From IMG/VR virus record IMGVR_UViG_3300006153_000006: a DNA stretch of 50,058 nt; one strand, written 5' to 3'. Below the pieces are notes generated by a model that had not been told where the DNA came from, ran no database searches, and saw only the letters and a list, made by a program, of their open reading frames with translations. The position numbers and the translations under genes were made by a program. Position 1 is the stretch's first letter; each line of letters starts with the position of its first letter. This document shows positions 8,236 through 17,870 of the stretch, in pieces. The stretch is from a virus (taxonomy: Duplodnaviria; Heunggongvirae; Uroviricota; Caudoviricetes).

Positions 8236-8421
8236 TTGATTTCCATTTCAAAGGAAGAGAAAAAGGCGGTTCGGGAGAAGTTCCCAAGGGTTCACATCGT
8301 GCGGACGATGAAGCAGTGCTCAAAGCGGCATAGGTACTACATGGAGGAAGCTCCGGGTGCAATGAAGCTGATTCGTCAGATGCGTGGGATCGAGGAGCCG
8401 TCACGAAAAAGGGGGGCGTGA
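8236..8421 (+). CDS. Small basic hypothetical protein
   Basis: 61 aa; TTG start after AAAGGATG; abuts the next gene. Confidence 0.65.
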   Translation: MISISKEEKKAVREKFPRVHIVRTMKQCSKRHRYYMEEAPGAMKLIRQMRGIEEPSRKRGA

Positions 8422-8425
8422 TCGA

Positions 8426-9643
8426 GTGGATCTTTCGCAAAAACCAGGAGAGAGCAATGTTGACTTTCACCGGCGGCTTGTCTACGGCAAGCTGGTAGAC
8501 AAAACTCTTTCGGACGTTGACTATTCCGAACTTGCCAACGCACTGTACGGGAAGGAATATGCGTCTGACGTTGCGAGGCGGATGGTATACGGCAGCAGAT
8601 ATACGCTGGACGCGCTTACATCCGATATTGAGAGCGGTATACAGGATAAGGATATTCTGGCAACTCTTGAAGAGAAACGACTCGACCTGCAAAAAGAGCG
8701 GCAGAGGTTTTACGATCAGCGCCGTGAGTACAGCAAGCTGGTGACAAACACGGGTCGGGTAGAGCACCTGGAAGACCGGCTGGTCAAGGCGGCGGAGGAA
8801 CTGAAGAATACCATTGGTACAGTTGAGTTTGAGAACTATGTTCCCTTCCCTACCGTTCATGGGAACGAGGCGATCCTCGTCTTGTGCGATTGGCATTACG
8901 GTATGACCGCCGACAATGCCTTCAATACATATAATACAGCTGTTTGCAGAGAGCGGGTACAGAAGGTGGTCAATAGTACCATCGAGCGTATCCGGCTCCA
9001 CCAGTGCGACACGCTGCACATCGTTGTTCTGGGCGACCTGGTGCATGGCGCGATCCACACAAGCGCGAGGGTCGCTGCTGAAGAGCTGGTCTGTGAACAG
9101 CTGATGAACGTGTCAGAGATCCTTGCACAGGCAATCGAGCACATGAGCGGGTATGTCAGCGAGACAAAGGTGTATATGACATACGGCAACCATGGGAGGA
9201 CAGTCCAGAAGAAGGACGACAACATCCATCGGGATAACATGGAGCGTATTATTCCGTGGTGGCTGCGCCAGAGGCTGAGCGACACCGAGAACGTTGAAGT
9301 TGTGACTGAGTTTGAAAACGAGTTCATGGTGTTTAACGTGTGCGGGTGTGGGTTCTGCGCCAGCCATGGAGACCTTGACTCGGTCAAGTCCTCTCCCCGT
9401 CTGCTGACCGTTTTGTTCCAGAAGAAGTACGGCGTGAACATCGACTACATTCTTTTGGCGGACAAGCACCACAGAGAGAGTTTTGAGGAGCTCGGCGTAA
9501 GCGCCGTGATCTGCGGCGCACTATGCGGCTCGGACGAGTACGCAAACAACAAGCGGCTTTATTCAACGCCGGAGCAGCTTCTTTTGATTGCAAAGGATGG
9601 CGTCGGTGTGGACGCTGAGTATCATATCCGGTGCGACAAATAA
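8426..9643 (+). CDS. Calcineurin-like metallophosphoesterase with N-terminal coiled coil (YonJ-like)
   Basis: Motifs LCDWHYG, LGDLVHG, YGNHGR, SHGD, ADKHH; GTG at 8426 after a G-rich RBS is preferred over 8384. Confidence 0.88.
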   Translation: MDLSQKPGESNVDFHRRLVYGKLVDKTLSDVDYSELANALYGKEYASDVARRMVYGSRYTLDALTSDIESGIQDKDILATLEEKRLDLQKERQRFYDQRREYSKLVTNTGRVEHLEDRLVKAAEELKNTIGTVEFENYVPFPTVHGNEAILVLCDWHYGMTADNAFNTYNTAVCRERVQKVVNSTIERIRLHQCDTLHIVVLGDLVHGAIHTSARVAAEELVCEQLMNVSEILAQAIEHMSGYVSETKVYMTYGNHGRTVQKKDDNIHRDNMERIIPWWLRQRLSDTENVEVVTEFENEFMVFNVCGCGFCASHGDLDSVKSSPRLLTVLFQKKYGVNIDYILLADKHHRESFEELGVSAVICGALCGSDEYANNKRLYSTPEQLLLIAKDGVGVDAEYHIRCDK

Positions 9644-9654
9644 GCCAAACGCAC

Positions 9655-9680
9655 GCCGCCCTGTGAAATACCGGGGCGGC
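9655..9680 (+). terminator. GC-rich hairpin between the phosphoesterase gene and the tRNA (terminator or processing site)
   Basis: GCCGCCCTG/CGGGGCGGC 9-bp stem; no U tract. Confidence 0.45.
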
Positions 9681-9687
9681 TCAACAT

Positions 9688-9763
9688 TCCTATTTAGCTT
9701 AATTGGCAGAGCGCGCGACTGTTAATCGCGAAGGTGTAAGTTCAACTCTTACAGTAGGAGCCA
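9688..9763 (+). tRNA. tRNA-Asn (anticodon GTT), 76 nt with encoded CCA
   Basis: Acceptor TCCTATT/AGTAGGA, D arm GCTT/GAGC, anticodon arm CGCGA-CTGTTAA-TCGCG, T arm GTAAG-TTCAACT-CTTAC, discriminator G plus CCA. Confidence 0.95.
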
Positions 9764-9795
9764 AAAAAATAAAAGAAGAAAGCGAGGTGGCAGTC

Positions 9796-10830
9796 ATGCC
9801 AAGAAAAACGAGACAGAATGACATCACGAGCCACGAGCTTTTGAGTCAAATCAACAAGGGAAATATGAGGCTGAAGCAGGATTTCCTCGACTATCTGAGG
9901 TCTGTTCAACGGAGCCCAAAAACGATAGATGGGTACGACAATGACCTTGACATCATGCTGACATGGAACCATCAGTTCAACGGTGACAAGGATTTTATCA
10001 AAATCAGCAAGCGTGACTGGGCTTCGTTCCAAAACTGGCTTATCAATACGAACGGCAACTCTCCAGCTCGTGTGCGGAGGATTAAGTCCGCCGTATCTTC
10101 CATGAGCAACTATATTGCCAATATTCTTGACGACGAAGAGGAGTTTAAGGATTTCAGGCCATCTATCCGAAAGATCGAGAACCCGGCCATGCAGGAGGTC
10201 AGAAAGAAGACTGTGTGGGAGGACGACGACCTGGACAAGCTGCTTACCGCTCTGACAGAGCAGGGACAGTACAAGAAGGCATGTATGCTTGCACTTGCCA
10301 TGTGCAGTGGGCGAAGGAAGTCGGAGTTGTGCCGGTTCCGTGTGGACGACTTCAAGGATGAGAACCTTGTGTGTGGGGGTGCTCTCTACAAGACAACTGA
10401 AAAGATGAAAACAAAGGGCTTTGGCCTTGGCAAGTATATTTATTGTTTTACGCTTGCCAAGCAGTTCAAGCCATATTTTGATGCCTGGATGAAGGAACGT
10501 GGGGACAAGGGTATTGAAAGCGAATGGCTCTTCCCTTCTGAGTTGGATCCTGGAGAGCAGATGAGCGAGACGACACTGAACAGCTGGGCGGTCACATTCA
10601 GCCGTATGACCGGCGAGGATTTCTATTGGCACAGTCTTCGGCATTATTTTACGACACACCTTGCAAAGGCGGGATTGCCGGACGGCGTGATACAGGAGAT
10701 CGTCGGATGGGAGTCTGCCGACATGGTGAACGTTTACAAGGACATAAGTGCAGAGGAACAGATCGCTCAGTTCTTTGATGAGAACGGAGAGATACGCAGA
10801 GATGCGCAGAAGTCTATCGCGGATATTTGA
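9796..10830 (+). CDS. Tyrosine recombinase with N-terminal SAM-like domain
   Basis: SGRRKSEL (R), HSLRHYF (H-x-x-R), IVGWES (W), MVNVY (Y); ATG 9796 follows RBS GAGGTGG. The track start at 9703 lies inside the tRNA. Confidence 0.92.
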   Translation: MPRKTRQNDITSHELLSQINKGNMRLKQDFLDYLRSVQRSPKTIDGYDNDLDIMLTWNHQFNGDKDFIKISKRDWASFQNWLINTNGNSPARVRRIKSAVSSMSNYIANILDDEEEFKDFRPSIRKIENPAMQEVRKKTVWEDDDLDKLLTALTEQGQYKKACMLALAMCSGRRKSELCRFRVDDFKDENLVCGGALYKTTEKMKTKGFGLGKYIYCFTLAKQFKPYFDAWMKERGDKGIESEWLFPSELDPGEQMSETTLNSWAVTFSRMTGEDFYWHSLRHYFTTHLAKAGLPDGVIQEIVGWESADMVNVYKDISAEEQIAQFFDENGEIRRDAQKSIADI

Positions 10831-10849
10831 CAAAAGGACGGTGTAAAGG

Positions 10850-11158
10850 ATGGAAGTCACCAAGAATGATTTGATCCGTCAGCTCACACAGAGGGGTTTT
10901 ACCAAGGGTGCGGCTGCGGACATTATAGAGGAATTTACCTCTCTTATCTTAGAAAATCTCAGGAATGGCAATGCGGTATCTATCAGGAACTTCGGATGCT
11001 TTGATATTCAGGAGCGCAAGGCAAGAGCTTGCCCAAACCCAATCACGGGAGAGCGTATCAGCATTCCGGCACACTGGGTTCCCCGGTTTTACCCCGGTAA
11101 CGGTATGCGGCGTGCCGTGAAGATATGGGAGGATAACGAGAAGAGGGGGCTTGCGTAA
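10850..11158 (+). CDS. hup: HU/IHF-family DNA-binding protein
   Basis: TKNDLI, VSIRNFGCF, RKARACPNPITGERISIPA, PRFYPG motifs; 102 aa. Confidence 0.92.
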   Translation: MEVTKNDLIRQLTQRGFTKGAAADIIEEFTSLILENLRNGNAVSIRNFGCFDIQERKARACPNPITGERISIPAHWVPRFYPGNGMRRAVKIWEDNEKRGLA

Positions 11159-12201
11159 TGGCAAACACCCCGAAGCGGCGCAAGCTGGAGCGGAAGCCGA
11201 ACGACCCTGTGCAGTTTACAGGGACGCAGAAGTTTTACTGCGTCAGGTGCGGCACCGCTTACAGCAGGCAAAAGGGATATTTTCCTGTCAGTCACAGCCC
11301 GATGTACAGAGGCACCGGTTACCTGCCCATCTGCAACGAATGTGTGGAGGATATGTATGACCGCTACAAGGCACAGCTTGGCGGAGACAGGGAAGCCATG
11401 CGGAGAATGTGCATGAAGCTTGACCTATACTGGAATGACAGCATTTTCGATATGACGGAGCGCACCGCCGGGATCAACTCCAAGGTACGCAACTATATCG
11501 GGAAGACAAATATTGCGCGTTTTATCAACAAAAATTTTGACGACACCATTGATGAGAGCGGAGCAATCGTGTCTGTTCGCACACAGGACACCTTGCCGGA
11601 GTCTCCCGTGGAGGACACAGTCGAGCAGGAAGAGGAAGAGCCGGTGTCGGAGGAGATCGTCGCCCGTTGGGGCAGCGGTTATACAGCGAAAATGTATGCG
11701 GATCTTGAACAGCGTAGGCAATTTTGGCTGTCACAGTATCCGGAAGACCACGTCCTTGATGTCGCTGAGGAGGCGCTTATCCAGCAGATATGCGGCCTTG
11801 AGATCGATATCAAGAGAGACCGTGTGGCAGGCAAGCCTACAGATAAGAGCGTGAATACCCTGAACACACTGCTGGGGAGTGCCGGATTGAAGCCAAGCCA
11901 AAAGACGGACGAGGGCGACAGTGAGCTGGACAATATGCCATTTGGCGTAGGCGTGCGGCGCTATGAAAACACACGCCCGATCCCAGAGCCAGACCCGGAG
12001 CTTCGGGATGTGGATGGGATCGTACGATACATCTCCGTCTGGTTTCTCGGTCATCTCTGTAAGATGCTTGGCATCAAGAACACTTACTGCAAGCTGTATG
12101 AGGACGAGATGGAAAAGCTGCGGGTAAAGCTGCCGGAGTTCGAGGATGAGGAGGAGGACGATGAGTCCTTGTTCAATACTATATTCGGAGACCAGGCATG
12201 A
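11158..12201 (+). CDS. Zinc-binding protein upstream of terminase (possible small terminase/packaging factor)
   Basis: CVRC...CNEC cysteine pairs; TAATG coupling to HU; ATGA overlap with terminase. Confidence 0.6.
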   Translation: MANTPKRRKLERKPNDPVQFTGTQKFYCVRCGTAYSRQKGYFPVSHSPMYRGTGYLPICNECVEDMYDRYKAQLGGDREAMRRMCMKLDLYWNDSIFDMTERTAGINSKVRNYIGKTNIARFINKNFDDTIDESGAIVSVRTQDTLPESPVEDTVEQEEEEPVSEEIVARWGSGYTAKMYADLEQRRQFWLSQYPEDHVLDVAEEALIQQICGLEIDIKRDRVAGKPTDKSVNTLNTLLGSAGLKPSQKTDEGDSELDNMPFGVGVRRYENTRPIPEPDPELRDVDGIVRYISVWFLGHLCKMLGIKNTYCKLYEDEMEKLRVKLPEFEDEEEDDESLFNTIFGDQA

Positions 12202-13940
12202 CGACCACAAGAATGGAGCGTGTACTGGAAAGCGTTGCGGTATGGTGCGGATATTACAGGTGTAATCCCCATCGCTTTGCCAAGGATTATCTGCATCTGG
12301 ATCTGCATCTGTTTCAAAAGATCCTGCTTGTCATGATGAACACATGTACATCGTTTGTATTTGTGGCAAGCCGTGGTCTTGGCAAAACGTTTTTGAGCGC
12401 CATCTTCTGCTGCATTCGATGTATCCTCTACCCGGGAACGAAGATCTGCATCGCCTCTGGCACCAGAGGCCAGGGCATCAACGTCCTGGAAAAGATCATG
12501 ACGGAGCTGAAGCCGAACTCTCCCGAGCTTTGCAATGAGATAGACGAAAAACAGAGCAAGATCAATGGAACAAACGCGCAAATCGTATTTAAGAATGGCT
12601 CTTTTATCAAGGTCGTTACCGCAAGTGATACCGCGAGAGGCAACCGCGCGAACATTTTGCTTATCGACGAGTACCGCATGGTTCCCAAGGATATCATCGA
12701 TACGATTCTGAGAAAGTTCCTGACAAACCCGAGACAGCCGAAGTATCTGAATAAGCCTGAATATAAGCATTTGAAGGAACGGAATAAAACTCTCTACCTC
12801 TCCTCTGCTTATTTCAAGGATCACTGGTCATATACCAAGGCGCTCGACAACTGCAAGTTTATGCTGGACGAGAAACGCAAGGATTTCGTGTGCGGCTTCC
12901 CGTATCAGCTGGCAATCAAAGAAGGCCTCTTGCTGGAGGAGGACGTTGCGGATCAGATGTCCGAGTCTGATTTCAGTGAAGTCAAGTGGTCAATGGAAAT
13001 GGACGCTATGTTCTTCGGGGACTCCGAAGGGTCATTCTTTGACTTTGACTCCATCTCCAAGAACAGGCGCATCAAATTCCCGATGCTGCCGGATAGGCTG
13101 GCCGAGAAGCTGGGAAACACACCAAAGGTGCGTATCCCGCCAAAGCAAAACGGTGAGGTGCGGATCCTATCTGCCGATATCGCTTTGATGTCGAGCAAGA
13201 AGAACAACAATGACGCATCCGCTCTATTCATCAATCAGCTCCTTCCGAACAGGGTGGGCCGGTTTTCCAGCAATATCGTCTATTGCGATGTGGCGGAAGG
13301 GCTGCACACGGAAGACCAGGCGCTTATGATACGCAGGCTCTATGAGGAGTTCAAGTGCGACTATATCGTGCTTGACTGTGCAGGCATTGGTTTGGGCGTC
13401 TACGATGCTCTTGTCCGCGACATCACAGACCCGGATACCGGGGAGATCTACCCGGCCATCTCCTGCTGTAACAACCAAGAGATGGCCGACAGGTGTACAA
13501 CGCAAAACGCGGACAGGGTGATATGGGCAATCAAGGCGAACCCAAATCTGAACTCCGAATGCGCCGTGCTGCTGCGGGAAGGATTCCGAAGCGGTAAAGT
13601 GCGGCTGCTGACCAACGAGTATGACGGCGAGACGCTGCTGGGCGAGATCAAGGGGTATGCCTCTCTCTCGCCGCAGGAACGGCTCGACCTGCGTATGCCT
13701 TACATCAATACAACGCTGCTCATCAACGAGCTTGTGAAGCTGCAACACGAAGAGTCGAATGGCAAAGTGAAGATCCACGAAAAAAGCGGTATGAGAAAAG
13801 ACCGATATTCCAGCCTGAGCTACAACTATTATGTGGCCACACAGTTGGAGAGCAAAATCAGCAGACGCAGCAACAGCGACATCGACACGAGTGAGATTTT
13901 TGTGTTTAAGCCGCCGAAGGTAGCGTCACTATTTCGATAA
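12198..13940 (+). CDS. terL: Terminase large subunit
   Basis: Walker A ASRGLGKT, Walker B ILLIDE, RNase H-like SADIA and KDRYSS motifs; 580 aa. Confidence 0.93.
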   Translation: MTTTRMERVLESVAVWCGYYRCNPHRFAKDYLHLDLHLFQKILLVMMNTCTSFVFVASRGLGKTFLSAIFCCIRCILYPGTKICIASGTRGQGINVLEKIMTELKPNSPELCNEIDEKQSKINGTNAQIVFKNGSFIKVVTASDTARGNRANILLIDEYRMVPKDIIDTILRKFLTNPRQPKYLNKPEYKHLKERNKTLYLSSAYFKDHWSYTKALDNCKFMLDEKRKDFVCGFPYQLAIKEGLLLEEDVADQMSESDFSEVKWSMEMDAMFFGDSEGSFFDFDSISKNRRIKFPMLPDRLAEKLGNTPKVRIPPKQNGEVRILSADIALMSSKKNNNDASALFINQLLPNRVGRFSSNIVYCDVAEGLHTEDQALMIRRLYEEFKCDYIVLDCAGIGLGVYDALVRDITDPDTGEIYPAISCCNNQEMADRCTTQNADRVIWAIKANPNLNSECAVLLREGFRSGKVRLLTNEYDGETLLGEIKGYASLSPQERLDLRMPYINTTLLINELVKLQHEESNGKVKIHEKSGMRKDRYSSLSYNYYVATQLESKISRRSNSDIDTSEIFVFKPPKVASLFR

Positions 13941-13958
13941 GAAGGAGGTGGATACAGA

Positions 13959-15482
13959 TTGCCGAATGAAAAAAAGAAGATCCCCAGTAAGTCTGTAGGA
14001 ACGCGATACGGTGAGCAGAGCGATACGTTCAGCAAGGTGGACACTGCTTCCATGATGAATATCCCACAAAACTTCGCAACCCTTAACAAGCTGAGGACGA
14101 GGAACCTGAACGGGACATATTCCACCCCCACCTTTACACGGTACACGAAGGACAACATCAACACATACCTTCAGAATCCGTACAGATATGAGAAGCAACT
14201 CCGGGCTGCGGTAACTTACATCTACGGTTCCAGTTCGCATTTTCGCAGGCTAATCCAATATTTCGTAGGGCTTTCTGACCTTGCATATGTGGTGTCTCCC
14301 ATGCGGATCGATCCCGTCAGTGCGAACGTAAAGTCTGTGCGGCGGAACTACCGCAAGGTGTTGAACTCTCTTTCCGCCATGCAGATCAGGACGCAGTTCC
14401 CTAAAATTTTGACAGTCTGTCTGCGGGAGGACGTATTCTTCGGTACGATGTGGGTCACGCCGGACAACATCACTATTCAACAGCTGCCGTCGGACTATTG
14501 CGCGATCTCTTCGATTGAGGGCAATGTGCTCAACGTCACGTTTGACTTCTCCTACTTTAACAGTAGGCAGGCGTATCTTGAGCTATACCCGGACGAGTTC
14601 AGACGGAAGTATCAGATCTACCAGAAGGACAGAGTGGGTGCAAGGTATCAGGAGTTGGATGCTCCGACATCGTTTGCTATTAAGTGCAACAATGATATCC
14701 TCGACTATGCCATCCCACCGTTTGCCGGTGTTCTGCGGGATATATACGACCTTGAGGATTACCGTCAGTTGAAGCTGACCAAGACGACACTGGAGAATTA
14801 TGCCATGCTCGTCATGACGCTTGGCATCAACGCCAACGGCGAATGGCAGATGGATTTGAACAAGGCAAAGGAGTTTTGGCACAACCTGGACGCCGTCTTG
14901 CCGGAAGAAGTGGGCTCCGTTCTGTCCCCCATGCCGATCAACAAGATCAGCTTTGAGAAGTCCAATACGGGCGATACCGACGCTATCGGCGAGGCAGAGC
15001 AAAATCTGTTTACGGCGGCTGGCGTTTCCAGTCTGCTATTCAACAACGACAAGGCGTCCGCAAACGCGCTGCTGCTGTCTGTGAAGGCAGACCAAGCGAT
15101 CACGTTTGGTATTGTGAAGAGCATCGAGGATATGGTGAACCGGTATATCCAAAGCCAGCCATACGGGAAAAACTTTAAGGTCACGTTCTTGGATTGCAGC
15201 CCGTACAACCGAAAGGAAGTCGGGGATCAGTACATCAAGGCGTGCCAGTACAGTATGCCGATGGTGTCCTATTACTGCGCCTCGCAGGGCCTTGGGCAGG
15301 AGGAACTTGACAGCATGACGTTCCTTGAGAACGACGTTCTCGGCCTGAAGGAAAAGTTTGTTCCGCTGGAGAGTTCTTCGACCCAGAGCAGCGACGGCGG
15401 AGCGACCGATGAGGGCGGAGCGCCGGAAAAGGATATCGGCGAGCTGTCGGACAGTGGAGAACAGAATCGAGAGGATGCGTGA
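13959..15482 (+). CDS. Portal protein
   Basis: 507 aa directly after terminase; strong RBS AAGGAGGTGG; acidic C-terminal tail; call rests mainly on position. Confidence 0.8.
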   Translation: MPNEKKKIPSKSVGTRYGEQSDTFSKVDTASMMNIPQNFATLNKLRTRNLNGTYSTPTFTRYTKDNINTYLQNPYRYEKQLRAAVTYIYGSSSHFRRLIQYFVGLSDLAYVVSPMRIDPVSANVKSVRRNYRKVLNSLSAMQIRTQFPKILTVCLREDVFFGTMWVTPDNITIQQLPSDYCAISSIEGNVLNVTFDFSYFNSRQAYLELYPDEFRRKYQIYQKDRVGARYQELDAPTSFAIKCNNDILDYAIPPFAGVLRDIYDLEDYRQLKLTKTTLENYAMLVMTLGINANGEWQMDLNKAKEFWHNLDAVLPEEVGSVLSPMPINKISFEKSNTGDTDAIGEAEQNLFTAAGVSSLLFNNDKASANALLLSVKADQAITFGIVKSIEDMVNRYIQSQPYGKNFKVTFLDCSPYNRKEVGDQYIKACQYSMPMVSYYCASQGLGQEELDSMTFLENDVLGLKEKFVPLESSSTQSSDGGATDEGGAPEKDIGELSDSGEQNREDA

Positions 15483-15661
15483 CGATGAACGGACGTTTCA
15501 TTTATGTATTCAGTGAAGAATCGAGAGACAGGCTCATCAAACTCGGATTCCAGCAGATAAAGAGTGACAGTGCGCATGGAACTTTTATTTTCGCAAACGA
15601 CCAGGCAAAGTTTGCGGAGCTGCCGGAAGAGTATGTCCTGTCTGATACGCTGACTTTCTGA
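15479..15661 (+). CDS. Small hypothetical protein
   Basis: 60 aa; overlaps the portal stop codon. Confidence 0.65.
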   Translation: MTMNGRFIYVFSEESRDRLIKLGFQQIKSDSAHGTFIFANDQAKFAELPEEYVLSDTLTF

Positions 15662-15705
15662 CCCGCTGAAAGGCGGGATTTATTATGCCAAAAAGGTGGT
15701 GAGAT

Positions 15706-17298
15706 TTGTTGAGCGAAAAAAATATGAGCATCGTATTTTCTGCCTCGATAGACAGACTGACGGAGTACAATTCGTCTTTCGACAAGGGCATACTTCGTGT
15801 CTGTTATGTTGGAGCAAACCGCAACAACAGTTTCATCAGCGAAGAGACCTTTGAGTTGTGTATGCCAAGCATATACAACTGTCCAATCGTGTGCAACTAC
15901 GACAGAGAGACCGGTGAGATCGGCTCACATGATATGGAGATCGTCAAGGGCGAGGATGGGAGACTGTCCCTTGTCAACATCACAGACCCGGTAGGCGTCG
16001 TGCCGGAGAGCGCCAAGTATTGGTTTGAAGACTTTGAAGAGGAGGATGGAACAGTCCATAAGTACCTCTATGTAGAAGTTTTGCTCTGGAAGCGCCAGGA
16101 GGCGTACCAGAAAATCAAGGAAGACGGCATCACCGACGAGTCGATGGAGATCTCCATCAAGGAAGGACACATGGAAAACGGTATCTATGTGATAGAGCGC
16201 TTTGAGTTTACGGCGTTCTGTCTGCTGGGAACCGCAAAGCCATGCTATGAGTCGGCATCCCTTATGGTATTTTCGCAGGAAGACTTCAAGATGAAGCTTG
16301 GTGAGATGATGCGGGAATTTAAGGAGAATGTCCAAACGGCACAATCCCCTGACGGGGTTGGCATATACCCACAATTCTATTCGGAAGGAGGAAAGAAAGC
16401 ATTGGATAAGAAGAAAGAACTTATGAGCAAGTATGGTCTGACGGAAGAAATGCTTGGCTTTAGCCTGGAAGAGTTCACCATCGACGAGCTTGAGGCAAAG
16501 TTTGAAGAGATAAAAGCCAAATCCGAGGTTGACGACGATGACGACGAGCAGGACAACGGCGACGCAGCCGATAAGGATAATGAAGGAGACGAGACCCCCG
16601 ATGAAGGCGGCGACGCCGGAGAAGGTCAGTCTGAAAACTTCGCCCTTGCACAGCAGTTCCTGAGCGAGCTCACTGATGCGCTGTATGCCGTGACCTATGA
16701 AGACCCGTACTGGGGGGAGACCTCGCGGTATTGGTATCATGACCACGACACAGAGCTCAGCGAAGTCTATGCTTACGATTGTATGGACTGGAAGCTGTAT
16801 GGTTTCAGCTATTCCATGAATGGCGATAAGGTGATTATCGACTTTGAAAGTAAGAAGCGTATGAAGATCGCCATCGTCCCCTTTGACGAGGGTGAGCAGA
16901 CAGCAGCTTTCGCCGCTGTTTATGAAGCTATGTCCAAGAAGTTCGAGCAGAGCAACAAGGAGTGGGATGAGAAACTTCAGGGTGCTATGAGCGAGCTTAA
17001 GGAGCTGCGCCAGTTTAAGGCTGACGCAGACAAGGCCGCCCGGGACGCCAAGCGGAATGAGCTGCTGGGGCAGTTCGCAGACCTCAATGGCGTTGAAGCC
17101 TTTGAGAAGCTGTGCGGTGAGGCGGAGAAGTATTCCATGGATGTACTGGAGGAGAAGTGTTATGCCATCCGTGGCCGTATGCAGAGCGTCGGCAAGTTTG
17201 CTTTGCATGAGCAGAAGGCGCCCAAGCTTCCCATTGAGCGCAATGAACCCGAGTCTGAGCCGTATGGCGGCGTATTTGCCGAATACGGCATCGGCTGA
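15706..17298 (+). CDS. Prohead protease/scaffold fusion
   Basis: N-terminal domain with SHD and ESMEI motifs, acidic linker and coiled-coil C-terminus; lies between portal and capsid genes. Confidence 0.75.
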   Translation: MLSEKNMSIVFSASIDRLTEYNSSFDKGILRVCYVGANRNNSFISEETFELCMPSIYNCPIVCNYDRETGEIGSHDMEIVKGEDGRLSLVNITDPVGVVPESAKYWFEDFEEEDGTVHKYLYVEVLLWKRQEAYQKIKEDGITDESMEISIKEGHMENGIYVIERFEFTAFCLLGTAKPCYESASLMVFSQEDFKMKLGEMMREFKENVQTAQSPDGVGIYPQFYSEGGKKALDKKKELMSKYGLTEEMLGFSLEEFTIDELEAKFEEIKAKSEVDDDDDEQDNGDAADKDNEGDETPDEGGDAGEGQSENFALAQQFLSELTDALYAVTYEDPYWGETSRYWYHDHDTELSEVYAYDCMDWKLYGFSYSMNGDKVIIDFESKKRMKIAIVPFDEGEQTAAFAAVYEAMSKKFEQSNKEWDEKLQGAMSELKELRQFKADADKAARDAKRNELLGQFADLNGVEAFEKLCGEAEKYSMDVLEEKCYAIRGRMQSVGKFALHEQKAPKLPIERNEPESEPYGGVFAEYGIG

Positions 17299-17330
17299 TA
17301 TTTCAATAAAACTATAAGGAGGAATTAGCT

Positions 17331-17852
17331 ATGGCTGAGAAAAAGTATTGTGTCATTCGCACCGACCTGATGAGCGGTACGAAGCAGCCTGCCGATCTGG
17401 TTTCCCTCCGCTTCTATGATGACGCCGGCAAGCCCGCCGAGGTGGAGAACGGCGTTATCGTGAAGCTGACCGGGTATGAGGACGGCGAGCGTGAAGTGAT
17501 GAAGGCTGTCGCGGCAAAGGCGAGCGACGACCTGAATGAGTGCGCCATTGTCGCAGGCGTTGAGGTTATGTATGACGAGCGCAAGAAGAACCTGGACGAG
17601 TATGTCAACGAGGCAAACAAGATCGTCCGTGGTTACATTCCCCGCAGCCGCAACCTGTTTGCGGTGACCGCAGAAGGCTTTGTCAACGGGACTGTCCCCG
17701 CAAAGGGCGACAAGGTGAGCATCGGCACAGGCGGCAAGCTCCTGGCCAAGACTGCTGGGTTCGGTGAGTGTGTTCACGTGGAGACCGCTGGCCGCTACAC
17801 CTATTACACCATCCGCATCGGCAAGACCGAAGCTGCGGCGGCAAAGGCTTAA
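17331..17852 (+). CDS. Putative head decoration/capsid accessory protein
   Basis: 173 aa; highly biased codon usage; directly upstream of the capsid gene. Confidence 0.6.
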   Translation: MAEKKYCVIRTDLMSGTKQPADLVSLRFYDDAGKPAEVENGVIVKLTGYEDGEREVMKAVAAKASDDLNECAIVAGVEVMYDERKKNLDEYVNEANKIVRGYIPRSRNLFAVTAEGFVNGTVPAKGDKVSIGTGGKLLAKTAGFGECVHVETAGRYTYYTIRIGKTEAAAAKA

Positions 17853-17870
17853 GGAAGGAGGCATCCAATA

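Noticed and set aside
9688-9763. Functional link between tRNA-Asn and the AAC-rich TR
   Set aside because: The TR is a non-translated template and DGR priming is not tRNA-dependent in the characterised system; the match is probably coincidental.
9703-9795. ORF-track N-terminal extension of the second recombinase
   Set aside because: It starts inside the tRNA; ATG 9796 has a proper RBS.
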